DNA from: an uncultured Planctomycetia bacterium
GTDB lineage: Bacteria > Omnitrophota > Gorgyraeia > 2-02-FULL-51-18
DNA length: 64,000 bases
NCBI GenBank assembly: GCA_964642015.1
Contig: CAZXLF010000001.1
Span: forward strand, 181,541 to 245,540
Direction of reading: 5' to 3'
The notes beneath the pieces are model-generated. The model worked only from the letters and a program-made list of their open reading frames with translations, was not told the origin of the DNA and did not search any database. Shown here one piece after another: positions 19,616 to 30,253 of this stretch (position 1 is its first letter; each line of letters opens with the position of its first letter). Position numbers and translations under genes: made by a program.

Positions 19616-21553
19616 TTGAATCCCGCCATATTTTCAAATAAATATTTCCGGGTAGCGCTGATCGCGATACCCGCGTTCCTAGCCTTATCCGCTTCCTATT
19701 TCCGTTTGTTCGAATCTTATGAACTGCAGACCTATGACTGGCGCTGCCAACTTCGTGTCCCTAGACCCATGTCCAGGGACATTGTTCTGATAGATATTGC
19801 CGATGACTCCCTTGAAAAGTTGGGTCATTGGCCTTTTAGTCGGGAATATCACTCCGCTCTGATCGACATCCTGGGGAAATTCAAAGTCAGGTCCGCATTA
19901 TTTGACATCCTGTTTGTTGAGCCTAGCGATAAGGACGTGACGGTGATTAACTCGGCCCGCTCGAAGAAAAATGTCTTTTTTTGCGCAGCTTTTATGGATC
20001 CCAAATGGGAAAAGGGAAAATTTGTTTCCAAAAGTTTCCTTGCACCTTTAATCGAAGGCTATCGGACGGCGGCGCGAGGGGTCGGATTTGTCAACGTCAA
20101 GGCGGATCCCGATGGAAAACGGCGCAGAGTGATCCCCAGCATTTCAATGGAAGGAAAAGATTATTATCATCTAGGGTTTGAGGCCGCCATTGACATTCTT
20201 GGGATTGACAAGAGCAAGATCAAGGTGGATCCCGGACATTCTATTCGGTTTTCAGATAACCTCACGATTCCGCTCGACGGGGATGGATATTTTCTGGTCA
20301 ATTTTGCTAATCGCTGGAAAGATGCTTTTGAACACTATTCATATTCTGACGTCTTGACCTCTTATGTCCAAATCCTGGACCATGAAAAACCTGTTGTGGA
20401 TCTTAAACGTCTAAAGGGAAAGATCTGCTTCGTGGGTTTTACAGCGACGGGTTCCACCGATACGAATGCGACGCCGCTTGAACCCATTTATCCGATGATG
20501 GGGATCCACGCGAATGTGCTGAACAGCATCCTTCAGAAAGATTTCATCCGCCGTGCGGACCGCGTGACGAATATTTTGATCTTGATACTGCTGGTCTCAT
20601 GGATCTTTTATTTGTCGCTACATATGAAACCTATTGCTGCGTTCCGCTCAATGATATTGACACTTTTTCTATTTACGATATGCGTGGTTTTCCTTTTCTT
20701 CCATTGGGGCATTTGGCTGGATCTTTTTTATCCATTAGCCTTGGCGATCGCTATCTATACGGTTGCTACGTTGAGCCGGATGCTTTATGAGATGAAAAAA
20801 AGGGAATTGATCGAGAATGAGTTGAAGGTGGCGAGCCAAATTCAAAAAAGTTTCTTACCGTCCGCCGTTCCCGACCATGCGGGCTTAGATATCGCGGTTT
20901 ATATGAAACCTGCCAAAGCCGTCGGAGGTGATCTTTATACGTTCATTCCTTTGGCAGATTCGAAGTTAGGTGTGATGTTAGGCGATGTTTCGGGAAAAGG
21001 CACTCCCGCCGCGCTTTTTATGGCGAAAGCCGTGTCTGAATTCAAGTTCTCCGCGCGCGAACAGAACAATCCATCCGATGTGCTTTTAGGTTTGAACCAT
21101 TCGATTGCATCGGAATCGACTGGAGGATTGTTCGTCACGTTAGCCTATGTTATATTTGATGTCAAGAGCCGGAATCTCTGCATTTCCAACGGCGGTCATT
21201 TGCCGACGGTTCATGTGTCTGCGCTGGGGCAGACAGAACTTTTGAATGCCGAAGGAGGGATGCCGATCGGTGTTTTAGACGGTGTGACGTTCGATAAATT
21301 TGAGATGGAAATAAAGCCCGGAGATTGTTTTGCTTTATATTCGGACGGTGTCAGCGAGGCAAGGAATCGTAAAAAAGAAGAATTCGGCATTGAGACACTG
21401 CAAAAAGTAATCCAGGATAACCGTAATTTGAATGCGCAAGGGATCCTGGATTCGGCGGTCAACCGTCTGAACCAATTCATGGGCAAGGCGGATCAGCATG
21501 ATGACATTACCCTGCTGATCGTGAAAGTCGGGGCACTTTCAGATGGAAAATAA
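19616..21553 (+). CDS. CHASE2 sensor domain-containing PP2C-family (SpoIIE-type) serine phosphatase
   Basis: N-terminal periplasmic domain flanked by TM segments (CHASE2 layout). C-terminal PP2C/SpoIIE motifs (GGDLYTF...GDVSGKG). Confidence 0.8.
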   Translation: MNPAIFSNKYFRVALIAIPAFLALSASYFRLFESYELQTYDWRCQLRVPRPMSRDIVLIDIADDSLEKLGHWPFSREYHSALIDILGKFKVRSALFDILFVEPSDKDVTVINSARSKKNVFFCAAFMDPKWEKGKFVSKSFLAPLIEGYRTAARGVGFVNVKADPDGKRRRVIPSISMEGKDYYHLGFEAAIDILGIDKSKIKVDPGHSIRFSDNLTIPLDGDGYFLVNFANRWKDAFEHYSYSDVLTSYVQILDHEKPVVDLKRLKGKICFVGFTATGSTDTNATPLEPIYPMMGIHANVLNSILQKDFIRRADRVTNILILILLVSWIFYLSLHMKPIAAFRSMILTLFLFTICVVFLFFHWGIWLDLFYPLALAIAIYTVATLSRMLYEMKKRELIENELKVASQIQKSFLPSAVPDHAGLDIAVYMKPAKAVGGDLYTFIPLADSKLGVMLGDVSGKGTPAALFMAKAVSEFKFSAREQNNPSDVLLGLNHSIASESTGGLFVTLAYVIFDVKSRNLCISNGGHLPTVHVSALGQTELLNAEGGMPIGVLDGVTFDKFEMEIKPGDCFALYSDGVSEARNRKKEEFGIETLQKVIQDNRNLNAQGILDSAVNRLNQFMGKADQHDDITLLIVKVGALSDGK

Positions 21554-23300
21554 TCACAAAATATTATTATTGGTCGATCATCCTGAGATTCGAAAATCAC
21601 TGTCGCCGGGGCTGAATGGGTTCCATCACCTTTTTTTGACGTCCACGGAAGATATTATTCAGAAAGTATTTGATGAGGTGCCTCATTTGATCGTGATTGA
21701 CGAGGATTTTCAAAATGGGGAAGGCCGAAAACTTGCCGCTCACTTCAAGAGCGATCTTGTCCTGAAGTTCATACCGGTCATTCTTTTGACTAACGCAAAT
21801 TCAGCTTACATCCAAGAGTGGGAAGCGCCTTTGGAACTTTATTACAGCAAGGAAGGGAACCTGGAGAATCTTGTTTATCATATTCATCAGACCCTGGAAG
21901 AAAATTACAATGAACTTGATCTGAATCCCCTGACCAATCTGCCAGGCTCACGATCGAGTGTGCTGAAGCTTGAACGTGCTATTGGTACAAAAAAATTGTC
22001 CTCAGTCTGCTGTGTCGATCTCTCGGATCTGGATGCTTTTAACAGTGTTTACGGAGATGCACGCGGCGACGAAGTTATTATTTGCCTTTCTAAGATCATC
22101 ACCGATTCACTTAAAACGGAGGGGTCTCCGGACGATTTCTTGGGGCATTTGGGCGGAGACAATTTTATTATCGTGACGCCTTATGATCTTGCTGTGAAAA
22201 TATCCGAACGGATCATCCGGAAGTTCGATGCCGAGATCCATAAGTTTTACGACGAGGCCGATTTCAAAAATGGGTATCTTTTGCACAGGAATCACGAAGG
22301 ATTTCTGATGCATTACCCGATCATGAATGTTTCGATCGTGATCATGCATGATGACAACAAACCGCTTTTGGAGATCACGGAGATAGGCCGTATCGCGTCG
22401 ACTTTAAAAAAATATACCAAAGCCTTACCGGGGAGTTGTTATATCAAATATCGCCACAAACCGTTGCTTGGCGGTCATGTAAAGATTTCCGAACCGCTCG
22501 AAGTGCAATTTCCCGGCAAAACGGAGACACTAAAGGTAACAGCGCCTCCTTCCAAGGAAATCGATAGTAAGAATTCCCTGTTTTTTAACGCCATTTTGAA
22601 CAGTCACAAAATCGAAACAGCTTTTCAGCCGATTGTGGACCTGAATGCCAGGAAGATCGTCGGCTATGAAGCATTGACGCGCAGCCAAAGCGAGGATTTT
22701 GCGATGCAGCCGGTGTTACTTTTCAGTATTGCCAGGGAATCCGGGAAGATCAAAGAACTGGACAAGCTCTGTGCGGAGGTCGCCTTGATGAGCGCTCAGA
22801 AGCTAGAGCCGGATAAAAAGATCTTTATCAATATGAATTTAGAGACATTGCTTGATCCCAAGCTCATGAAGCAAATATTTGCTAAAAGAAATCTGATCGG
22901 ATTTCAGAATATTGTGATCGAACTGACTGAACAAAGTATTTTGCGGTCATTTGAGAAAGTAAGGGATGCGCTTTTTGAATTGAAAGAACAGGGTATGTCG
23001 GTGGCGATCGATGACGTGGGCGGAGGCGCGGTGAGTTTAAGGGACGTGGCTATTCTTAAGCCGGATTACATCAAATTTGACCGCTCACTCATCCGTCAAA
23101 TAGATACCAATACGACCAAGCAAAAAATAGTGCTTTCCATGATCCTTTTTGCGGACGGCATTCATGCGATCACGACAGCGGAAGGCATTGAAACCAAGGA
23201 AGAGTTTGATACGGTACAAAATTTGGGCGTCAGTTTAGGGCAAGGATATTATTTTGCAAAGCCCGGAAAAGCGTTCCCGAAGATCTCGGATTTTATATAA
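21543..23300 (+). CDS. response-regulator receiver + degenerate GGDEF + EAL domain protein (c-di-GMP phosphodiesterase)
   Basis: REC-like N-terminus. GGDEF-fold region with GGDNF in place of GG(D/E)EF. EAL signature (ETAFQPIVDL...GYEALTR; DDVGGG). Confidence 0.8.
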   Translation: MENNHKILLLVDHPEIRKSLSPGLNGFHHLFLTSTEDIIQKVFDEVPHLIVIDEDFQNGEGRKLAAHFKSDLVLKFIPVILLTNANSAYIQEWEAPLELYYSKEGNLENLVYHIHQTLEENYNELDLNPLTNLPGSRSSVLKLERAIGTKKLSSVCCVDLSDLDAFNSVYGDARGDEVIICLSKIITDSLKTEGSPDDFLGHLGGDNFIIVTPYDLAVKISERIIRKFDAEIHKFYDEADFKNGYLLHRNHEGFLMHYPIMNVSIVIMHDDNKPLLEITEIGRIASTLKKYTKALPGSCYIKYRHKPLLGGHVKISEPLEVQFPGKTETLKVTAPPSKEIDSKNSLFFNAILNSHKIETAFQPIVDLNARKIVGYEALTRSQSEDFAMQPVLLFSIARESGKIKELDKLCAEVALMSAQKLEPDKKIFINMNLETLLDPKLMKQIFAKRNLIGFQNIVIELTEQSILRSFEKVRDALFELKEQGMSVAIDDVGGGAVSLRDVAILKPDYIKFDRSLIRQIDTNTTKQKIVLSMILFADGIHAITTAEGIETKEEFDTVQNLGVSLGQGYYFAKPGKAFPKISDFI

Positions 23301-23428
23301 TCTAAGTCCTTTTATATTAATCACTTATAGAATTAAAAACAGGACTTTTTAATAGTTCAAAGATTTAAATAAAAATTTGTATTCTGAATGGCTTTCATGT
23401 ATACTAGCGCAAAAAGGATGAATAAATC

Positions 23429-23722
23429 ATGACGTTGGTCGACAAACAAAGGTCCAGCCGTATCTCGAATTACATGGAAGAGCTGGCCGAAAATGTTTTA
23501 GAAAATTTGTTAGCTGAGGAATATAAAGGATCCCGTTTTTCAACGAATGCGATCCAAGATATTAAGGCTTTGGCGTTGAACCGGCTTTGGCCGATGTATA
23601 CTACCAGCGATGCGGGCAAAAATTTCTTGAAGAGGATCATCCAGGAAGACAAGATCGAGAAAGATGTTCTTCGGGAACTTAGAGCCGCGATCGATATCGT
23701 AAAGTCCAATCCGCGTAAGTAA
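23429..23722 (+). CDS. small ComFB-like (late competence development protein family) protein
   Basis: 97 aa with ...VLENLLAE...ALNRLWPMY resembling the ComFB family. The conserved Cys of canonical ComFB are absent, so the assignment is weak. Confidence 0.35.
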   Translation: MTLVDKQRSSRISNYMEELAENVLENLLAEEYKGSRFSTNAIQDIKALALNRLWPMYTTSDAGKNFLKRIIQEDKIEKDVLRELRAAIDIVKSNPRK

Positions 23723-23758
23723 TTTTCTTCGGTTGTGCTATGATAGTCCCTGACGCCC

Positions 23759-26700
23759 ATGGCACTTTTAGAACTTTTAGCCTCACCTCCCGGTACCGGA
23801 AAAACTTTTTATTGTATAGAACTTTTTAAGAAAGAGATCTTGAAAACGAAGAGCGGCATTGAAAGCCGCTCTTTTTTTGTCCTTCCCAGCCGTGAACACG
23901 CCAACAGGATCCAGAGCTTGGTCTTAAAAAAAGAGATACCCGGCCTATTCAATGTTCATATTCTGACGATCAATGACCTTGCGTCAAAACTTTTGAAAGT
24001 CCCGTTCGCCCAAGTCCCGACAGATACGCTCAGGAAAAGCATTGTTCGCGATGTTCTCGAAGAAGATGCAACTTTCCCTTATTTCAACGATGTCAGGAAC
24101 TTTCATGGATTTCATGAGCTTTTGGTGGACAGCATCAAGGAATTTAAAGCCGGTCTTTTAACGGTCGAGGCGTTCGAGAGGCATTCTCAGCGACTTTTGA
24201 AAGATCCGGCGTTCCGCTCAAAATTCAGGGATTTTTCGGTCATTTTGAAGAAATATGAAGCGCGTCTTGAGCGCCTTGGCTTACAAGAGCCTGAGCAGTT
24301 TTATTTAAAAATGCCCGGCAAGATCAAAAGATCTGAAGCGCCGGATCTGGTTGTTTTTGACGGATTCTATCATTTCACCAGAGCCCAAAAAGCTCTTATC
24401 GAAATGGTCGCTCGCTGCTCCAAACGTACGGTTGTAACGTTGACGCTGCCCAATGATGATCGAAAACGAATGGCTGTGTTTGAATATGCCGAAAAGACTA
24501 AGCAATATTTGACCGACCTTGGATTCAAAAAAAGTAAGAACTCGTTCCTTATCAATCACCGCACCCAGGATGAAGCGCTGCTGAGTCTTGAGCAGAATCT
24601 TTTTCTGGCCGATCCCAAACCGTATTCCAAACAACAGGATTCAATAGAATTCATGGAAGCGCCGAACGCACGCGTTGAGATCGAAATGATCGCCCGCCGC
24701 ATCAAAGAAATTTGTCGGGAATCATCGGTGTATTGGAGCGATATCTGCGTTGTTCTTAGAGAGCTGCGGAGTTATGAAAAGCTGATCGATTCTGTTTTTA
24801 GCTCTTTTGAGATACCTGTCCATATCCATGAAAGGAATCGGCTTATCGAAAATGGCATCGCAAAAGTTTTATACCGCTTCTTGAATTTGCACACGGAGGG
24901 TTGGAAGCGGAGTGATTTAATCCCCATTCTTAAATCCACATATTTTTCGGATAAGTATGGTCTGGAAGATACATTGTCGATAGAAAATTTGGCGGTCAGC
25001 TTAGGTATTCTGGAGGGGCGTGATCAATGGGAGGAATTGGCAAAGAACGAGAAATTGTCCTCGACCGCCGGAGAGATCTTGCAAATACTGCTGCAAACTC
25101 AGGTCGATCTCATTGAGACAAAGAGCATTCTTGAATTCGAACGGATAATATTTTCTTGGCTGGAAAATTTTTGCAAACAAAAAGGTTCCATCGAAGGCGA
25201 CGCTTTGGATCTTCAAGCCATTGAATCCATCAGATCGATCCTGAGATCGGCGCGAAATTACTATGGACAAGTGCTTAAAAAAGAATTTTTGGCTCAGAAA
25301 TTCATAAAACAACTGCAGGACGCTTTGGAGTCAGCGCTTTTTTCGGTGAAGCCGCCCGGTAAGAACCGTGTGCAGGTCTACGATGTAGTGATGGCCTTAC
25401 CCAAGGAGTATAGAGTGGTCATTATGCCGGGCATGCTCGAGAAATCATTTCCTAAGAGTATTTCAGAAGATCCGATCTTTAAAGATCACGAAAGGCGCAT
25501 GATCAATAAAAAAGAGACCATACTTGAAGAAAGGCTGCCGCGCATCGCGGGTGAACGTTATTTCTTTTACATGGCGGTGACACGCGCTAAAGAAAAACTC
25601 ATCCTTTCTTATCCGCGATACGACGGAGATGATCGCCTGCTTTTGAGATCGTTTTTTATTGAGGAAGTCGAAAGATGTTTTAAGCAAAAGATCTTGGTTT
25701 CTAGTAAAAACCCGTCCGATTTTCTGCCTCTGCCAGATGAATGGTCAAGCCCGCATGAAGCGATTTGTGGGATATCCGAAATGAGTTTTAGGGAGAGTTC
25801 CGCTCAGGAAGTATTGGTTAAACGATTCTCCGAGCAGGTTTCGGAATGGATGGATAAAGACCGGTTCAAACAGGTGCTTGATTTTGGCCGGTCGAGTGAT
25901 CGGGCTGTGGTCAGAGATCCTAGGATCAAAGAAGTTTTTCGTGCGATAAAAGGGCCATTCTCCGCGACCAAACTTGAAACTTTTGCGAACTGTGCGTTTA
26001 AATATTTCTCAAGCCGTGTGCTTTATTTGAATGAACCTCTTGACAGGCGCCAGATGGCCGAGATGGGGAACCTGCTGCACGAAACATTAGAACAATTCTA
26101 TACGGAATTGCCACGGCATGAAAAAGAAACGGGATTGTACCTTAAAGAATCTTCGGTGATGAAGGATGCGCTTCATCGCAAGCTTGAGTCTCTCATGATC
26201 AAAAGCCCGCTTTACCGCGAACCGCTTTATCGCAAGCGGATGTATATGGATTCCATGAAAAAGACGCTGTCACTTTTCGTGGAGCATGAAAAAGAGCTTT
26301 TTATGAAACGGCCGCTTGTTCCCACTTATTTTGAATTGAGTTTCGGGAATGGCGGAAAAAGCGATCTGGATTATTTAAGGATAAACAGTGATACAGGATC
26401 TGAAATATTGATCGAAGGGCAGATCGACCGCGTGGATGTGGATAAAAATAAAAAGAAAGCGCTCGTGATCGACTACAAACGCTCATCACGGGAATTCACG
26501 GTCCATAATAAGTTGAAAAAAAACCTCGAATTTCAGCTGCCCATCTATCTTTTGGCCGTGCGCCGCTTGCTGGGGATGGAAGTGCTCGGCGCCGAACTTC
26601 GTATATTAAGAGAAACCAAAAAAGAGGGGTTATTTCCTGAATCTTCATCGGAGATATTAGGGCTTCATCAAAATTTTAAAGTTTACGGTGAAGATGAGTT

Positions 26701-26866
26701 TGAGAATATTCTTGCGCGCACAGAAGAGCTTATCCGCCAAAATTTGAAACGGCTTCAAGGAGCTGATATTTCAGTGGCTCCCAAATCGTGTACTTATTGC
26801 AATTTTTCATCCGTATGTCGGTTCGAACCATGGCGTTTGGTCTATGCCGAAGGAGCTGCTTCGTGA
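23759..26866 (+). CDS. addB: ATP-dependent helicase/deoxyribonuclease subunit B (AddB/RexB-like, PD-(D/E)XK nuclease with Fe-S cysteines)
   Basis: N-terminal degenerate P-loop (ASPPGTGKT). C-terminal CTYCNFSSVC cysteine cluster. 1035 aa, immediately upstream of addA. Confidence 0.75.
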   Translation: MALLELLASPPGTGKTFYCIELFKKEILKTKSGIESRSFFVLPSREHANRIQSLVLKKEIPGLFNVHILTINDLASKLLKVPFAQVPTDTLRKSIVRDVLEEDATFPYFNDVRNFHGFHELLVDSIKEFKAGLLTVEAFERHSQRLLKDPAFRSKFRDFSVILKKYEARLERLGLQEPEQFYLKMPGKIKRSEAPDLVVFDGFYHFTRAQKALIEMVARCSKRTVVTLTLPNDDRKRMAVFEYAEKTKQYLTDLGFKKSKNSFLINHRTQDEALLSLEQNLFLADPKPYSKQQDSIEFMEAPNARVEIEMIARRIKEICRESSVYWSDICVVLRELRSYEKLIDSVFSSFEIPVHIHERNRLIENGIAKVLYRFLNLHTEGWKRSDLIPILKSTYFSDKYGLEDTLSIENLAVSLGILEGRDQWEELAKNEKLSSTAGEILQILLQTQVDLIETKSILEFERIIFSWLENFCKQKGSIEGDALDLQAIESIRSILRSARNYYGQVLKKEFLAQKFIKQLQDALESALFSVKPPGKNRVQVYDVVMALPKEYRVVIMPGMLEKSFPKSISEDPIFKDHERRMINKKETILEERLPRIAGERYFFYMAVTRAKEKLILSYPRYDGDDRLLLRSFFIEEVERCFKQKILVSSKNPSDFLPLPDEWSSPHEAICGISEMSFRESSAQEVLVKRFSEQVSEWMDKDRFKQVLDFGRSSDRAVVRDPRIKEVFRAIKGPFSATKLETFANCAFKYFSSRVLYLNEPLDRRQMAEMGNLLHETLEQFYTELPRHEKETGLYLKESSVMKDALHRKLESLMIKSPLYREPLYRKRMYMDSMKKTLSLFVEHEKELFMKRPLVPTYFELSFGNGGKSDLDYLRINSDTGSEILIEGQIDRVDVDKNKKKALVIDYKRSSREFTVHNKLKKNLEFQLPIYLLAVRRLLGMEVLGAELRILRETKKEGLFPESSSEILGLHQNFKVYGEDEFENILARTEELIRQNLKRLQGADISVAPKSCTYCNFSSVCRFEPWRLVYAEGAAS

Positions 26867-29800
26867 AGACAGGTTTGCACAATTATTCCCACGCGCAAAA
26901 AAACGCGATCAAAACGTTCGATGCGGAAATATGCGTATCTGCGGGAGCGGGTTCCGGAAAGACCAGTGTCTTGGTCGAACGCTTTCTTCATGCGGTAACA
27001 CAAATGGGGATCGATCCCGAAAGGATCCTGGCGATCACGTTCACTGACAAGGCCGCAGGTGAAATGAAGAGTCGTCTTGTCGAAGTATGCCGTGAGCGAG
27101 GGCTGAATGACCTGCGAAGACAACTTGAAACCGCTTATATCAGCACAATCCATGGTTTTTGTTCGAGGATCCTCAAAGAAAATCCTGTCGAAAGCGGCGT
27201 CGATCCGTTTTTTCAGGTCATGAGCGAGGGCGAGTCAGAGATCCTGATGGACCAGGTCATGGACAAATTGTTCGAAATGAATAGCGATAATACGGTTTGG
27301 CTCGAAGTGATGAGCGACATAGGCGAAGAAGCAGCGCGTCTTTCGGTCAGAAAGTTATACGAAACAGACCGCGCTCTTTGCGGTAGTGCAGACATTTTTA
27401 AAACACCCGATATTTCTTACGCCAGCAAGCATACGATCGAACGGCTCAAAGAAGTTCTTGAAGAAGTCGATCTGTCTATCGACCTCAAGAAGGCAAGCGA
27501 ATCAGAATTAAAATTAAAGGCCGCTGCAAAAGATATCACCGCATTTCTGGCTCTCGATCAAGTATCGGATTGGGAAACAGTATCAAAAATACTGGATCTT
27601 AAAGAAGGTCTGGGCCGTAAACTTCCGAAACATGGAGAGATCACGAAAGAGATACGCGAGCTCATGGACACTTGGGTATCGCTTGTGGTCGAAGATATTG
27701 ATGCGCCTGTAAAAAAAGAATACCGGAGGATTGTGACTCAGTTCAAGGCGATGTACGAAGGAGAAAAAAGATCAAGGGCATCTTATGATTTCGAAGATCT
27801 CCTGACCAAGACCTATGAACTTTTATCTGGAACGACTGTGGAAAAGAAAGCCGTCCGTGAGCGTTACCGGAACCATTTTTCATGCATTTTAGTGGACGAA
27901 TATCAGGATACAAGCCATTTGCAGGATAAATTGATCGTGCTTTTGAAAAAAGAAAATAATCTTTTCATGGTCGGAGATTCTCAGCAGTCTATCTATGGCT
28001 TTCGTTTTGCGGACCCGGAAATATTTCGGAAGCGCGTTCTGAACGGCTCCAACGGCGGTCGCCATATCCGGCTGAGCGAAAATTATCGGTCAAGGGCCGA
28101 GATCCTGACGTTCATCAACGCGCTTTTTCAAAAACTTTCCATCAACGCCGCGTTCCATCCGCTGGAAGCAAAAAAGTTATTTCCCGTTAAAAAAACTGCA
28201 GCTGTCCAGCTTCTCTGTGTGTTGCGCCAGAAGGATGAGGGAGAGGATATGGATAGCGCAAGAGTCATCGAAGCAAGATCGATAGCTCGAACGATCGATG
28301 AGATCGTGCGATCGGCCGTGATTGTTCAAGATAAAAACGGCAAAATCCACCCGATCGAATACCGCGACATCGCGATCCTTTTTAGAGGCTTAAATAAATC
28401 CTATCTTTATGAAAATGAACTCACAAATCGCGCGGTCCCTTACACTTTATCCCGCGGAGGCGGATTTTATGAGAAGCCCGAAATTCTGGATTTTATCAAT
28501 TTTCTGAGACTTATTGACAATCCATATCTGGACATTGCTCTTGCAGGCGTGTTGAGATCGCCGATCGTACATATAAGTGACGATGCGCTCTATTGGCTGG
28601 CATTGACCGCTAAAAACGACGATCATGACCGGCCGCTGTGGAATGGTGTGATGAATTATAAAATAATCTCTGAATTGTCTTCGAATGACCGGCAGAAACT
28701 TGCGGGTTTTATGGCCATTCTTGAGGACCTGAGAAAGAAAAAAGACAACATTAGATTATCGGAGATTCTAGAAACGATACTCGAACGCAGTTATTACGAC
28801 GCGAAAGTCTTGACCCGCGCCGGCGGCAAGCAGAAATTGGCCAATGTCCTGAAACTGATCGCGATTGCAAGATCCATGGAAGAAAAAGATATTGTTGGCG
28901 TGCGGGATTTTATCCATTACGCGGAAAGTTTGGCGGAAAACGAGATCAGCGAAGGAGAGGCAAGGATTACAAGCGGTTCCGAAAATGCGGTGGTGCTTTC
29001 CACGATCCATGCAGCCAAAGGCCTGGAGTTTCCTTATGTGATCATAGCGGACATGGGCGGTCAAAGCGCAAAGAGGAGTAAAGAGAATTTCGCGGTGTCG
29101 CATGAAATAGGATTGGGACTCAAGCAAAAATTCCCTAAGACGCAAAAATATCTCCAAGATTTTACATTCAAGCAGGTCGATCAGGTCTTAAAGGAAAAAG
29201 ACGCTCAAGAAGAAGAACGGCTGATCTATGTGGCAATGACTCGGGCCCAAGAACACCTGATCCTTTCGGGCTCATTGACTATCAACTCAGAGTCAGCAAG
29301 CTATAAAGAAAGTTCGTCCTGGATGTCCAGGATCGCTTATTGTTTGGAATGGGATCCGTTAAAGCAGGAGGTAAGAAACCTGGATTTTGGCGGCGTGCCT
29401 ATCGAGATATTGAAAATTGAAGATAAAGAATCAGCGGAAGTTTTATCCAAGAAGCCGGAATTGCCTACAGCCGCTTTTTTAGCGGATCAACAGATTTTGG
29501 GGATCAGGCAACGTCTCAAACCGATCGATAAGGGCTATGAAGAAACGGAAGATCATACGGTCACGGATCTTCTTTTAGCGTCATGGCCGAATATTAAAAC
29601 GGCTGAAGCATTTTCTGTGGAAAAAGATAAAGATAATGAGCAAGAGCTCTGGGAGATCGAAAGCCCGAGAAATGAATACGGCACGATCTTCCATCGTGTA
29701 ATGGAATACATTTTATCTAATGGTTTAAAGAAGACTGCGAGGCCGGATATTCCGCCATCGATGATCCGGACGTTAAATTTGAACGAGCAAAAAGAGTTGA

Positions 29801-30204
29801 AAGAAAGCATTTTGAAATTTTGGCATAGCCCATTGGGCCGTCTGGCGAAAGGTGCTAAAAAATGCTACTCGGAACTGCCTTTTATTTATAAAATGCCTCG
29901 AGGCATTTTAAAGGGTCAAATTGATCTTGTGGTCCAAACCGGTAAAGGCGAGTGGATAGTTATTGATTATAAAACTAACCGCATGACCGCCGCGCAGAAA
30001 GGATCGATCGCAAAAGAGTATGAACTTCAGCTTTATATCTACGCTTATGTTTTTTACAAGTTGTACGGTCAGATTCCCAAGAAAGGCATTCTGTATTTCA
30101 GCGTGATCGACGATACCCATGAATTCGTCTACGCCGAAAATGCGATGAAGGCTTTTGGAGAAAAGCTGAACGCCCATTTTTCCATGGCTATCAAAGTTTC
30201 TTGA
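26863..30204 (+). CDS. addA: ATP-dependent helicase/nuclease subunit A (UvrD-family helicase with C-terminal PD-(D/E)XK nuclease)
   Basis: UvrD Walker A (GAGSGKTS), a DEYQDT motif, and a C-terminal nuclease motif (GQIDLVVQ...IVIDYKT). The GTG start at 26863 overlaps the addB stop (GTGA). Confidence 0.8.
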   Translation: MKTGLHNYSHAQKNAIKTFDAEICVSAGAGSGKTSVLVERFLHAVTQMGIDPERILAITFTDKAAGEMKSRLVEVCRERGLNDLRRQLETAYISTIHGFCSRILKENPVESGVDPFFQVMSEGESEILMDQVMDKLFEMNSDNTVWLEVMSDIGEEAARLSVRKLYETDRALCGSADIFKTPDISYASKHTIERLKEVLEEVDLSIDLKKASESELKLKAAAKDITAFLALDQVSDWETVSKILDLKEGLGRKLPKHGEITKEIRELMDTWVSLVVEDIDAPVKKEYRRIVTQFKAMYEGEKRSRASYDFEDLLTKTYELLSGTTVEKKAVRERYRNHFSCILVDEYQDTSHLQDKLIVLLKKENNLFMVGDSQQSIYGFRFADPEIFRKRVLNGSNGGRHIRLSENYRSRAEILTFINALFQKLSINAAFHPLEAKKLFPVKKTAAVQLLCVLRQKDEGEDMDSARVIEARSIARTIDEIVRSAVIVQDKNGKIHPIEYRDIAILFRGLNKSYLYENELTNRAVPYTLSRGGGFYEKPEILDFINFLRLIDNPYLDIALAGVLRSPIVHISDDALYWLALTAKNDDHDRPLWNGVMNYKIISELSSNDRQKLAGFMAILEDLRKKKDNIRLSEILETILERSYYDAKVLTRAGGKQKLANVLKLIAIARSMEEKDIVGVRDFIHYAESLAENEISEGEARITSGSENAVVLSTIHAAKGLEFPYVIIADMGGQSAKRSKENFAVSHEIGLGLKQKFPKTQKYLQDFTFKQVDQVLKEKDAQEEERLIYVAMTRAQEHLILSGSLTINSESASYKESSSWMSRIAYCLEWDPLKQEVRNLDFGGVPIEILKIEDKESAEVLSKKPELPTAAFLADQQILGIRQRLKPIDKGYEETEDHTVTDLLLASWPNIKTAEAFSVEKDKDNEQELWEIESPRNEYGTIFHRVMEYILSNGLKKTARPDIPPSMIRTLNLNEQKELKESILKFWHSPLGRLAKGAKKCYSELPFIYKMPRGILKGQIDLVVQTGKGEWIVIDYKTNRMTAAQKGSIAKEYELQLYIYAYVFYKLYGQIPKKGILYFSVIDDTHEFVYAENAMKAFGEKLNAHFSMAIKVS

Positions 30205-30253
30205 TTTTTTGAAAGCCATTTGCAAGAATAGACTCATCAAGGGGGCACAGAAC

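Noticed and set aside
21970-22176. Possibility that the GGDEF domain is an active cyclase
   Set aside because: The signature reads GGDNF. Loss of the second acidic residue normally abolishes catalysis. It is treated as a degenerate regulatory domain pending assay.
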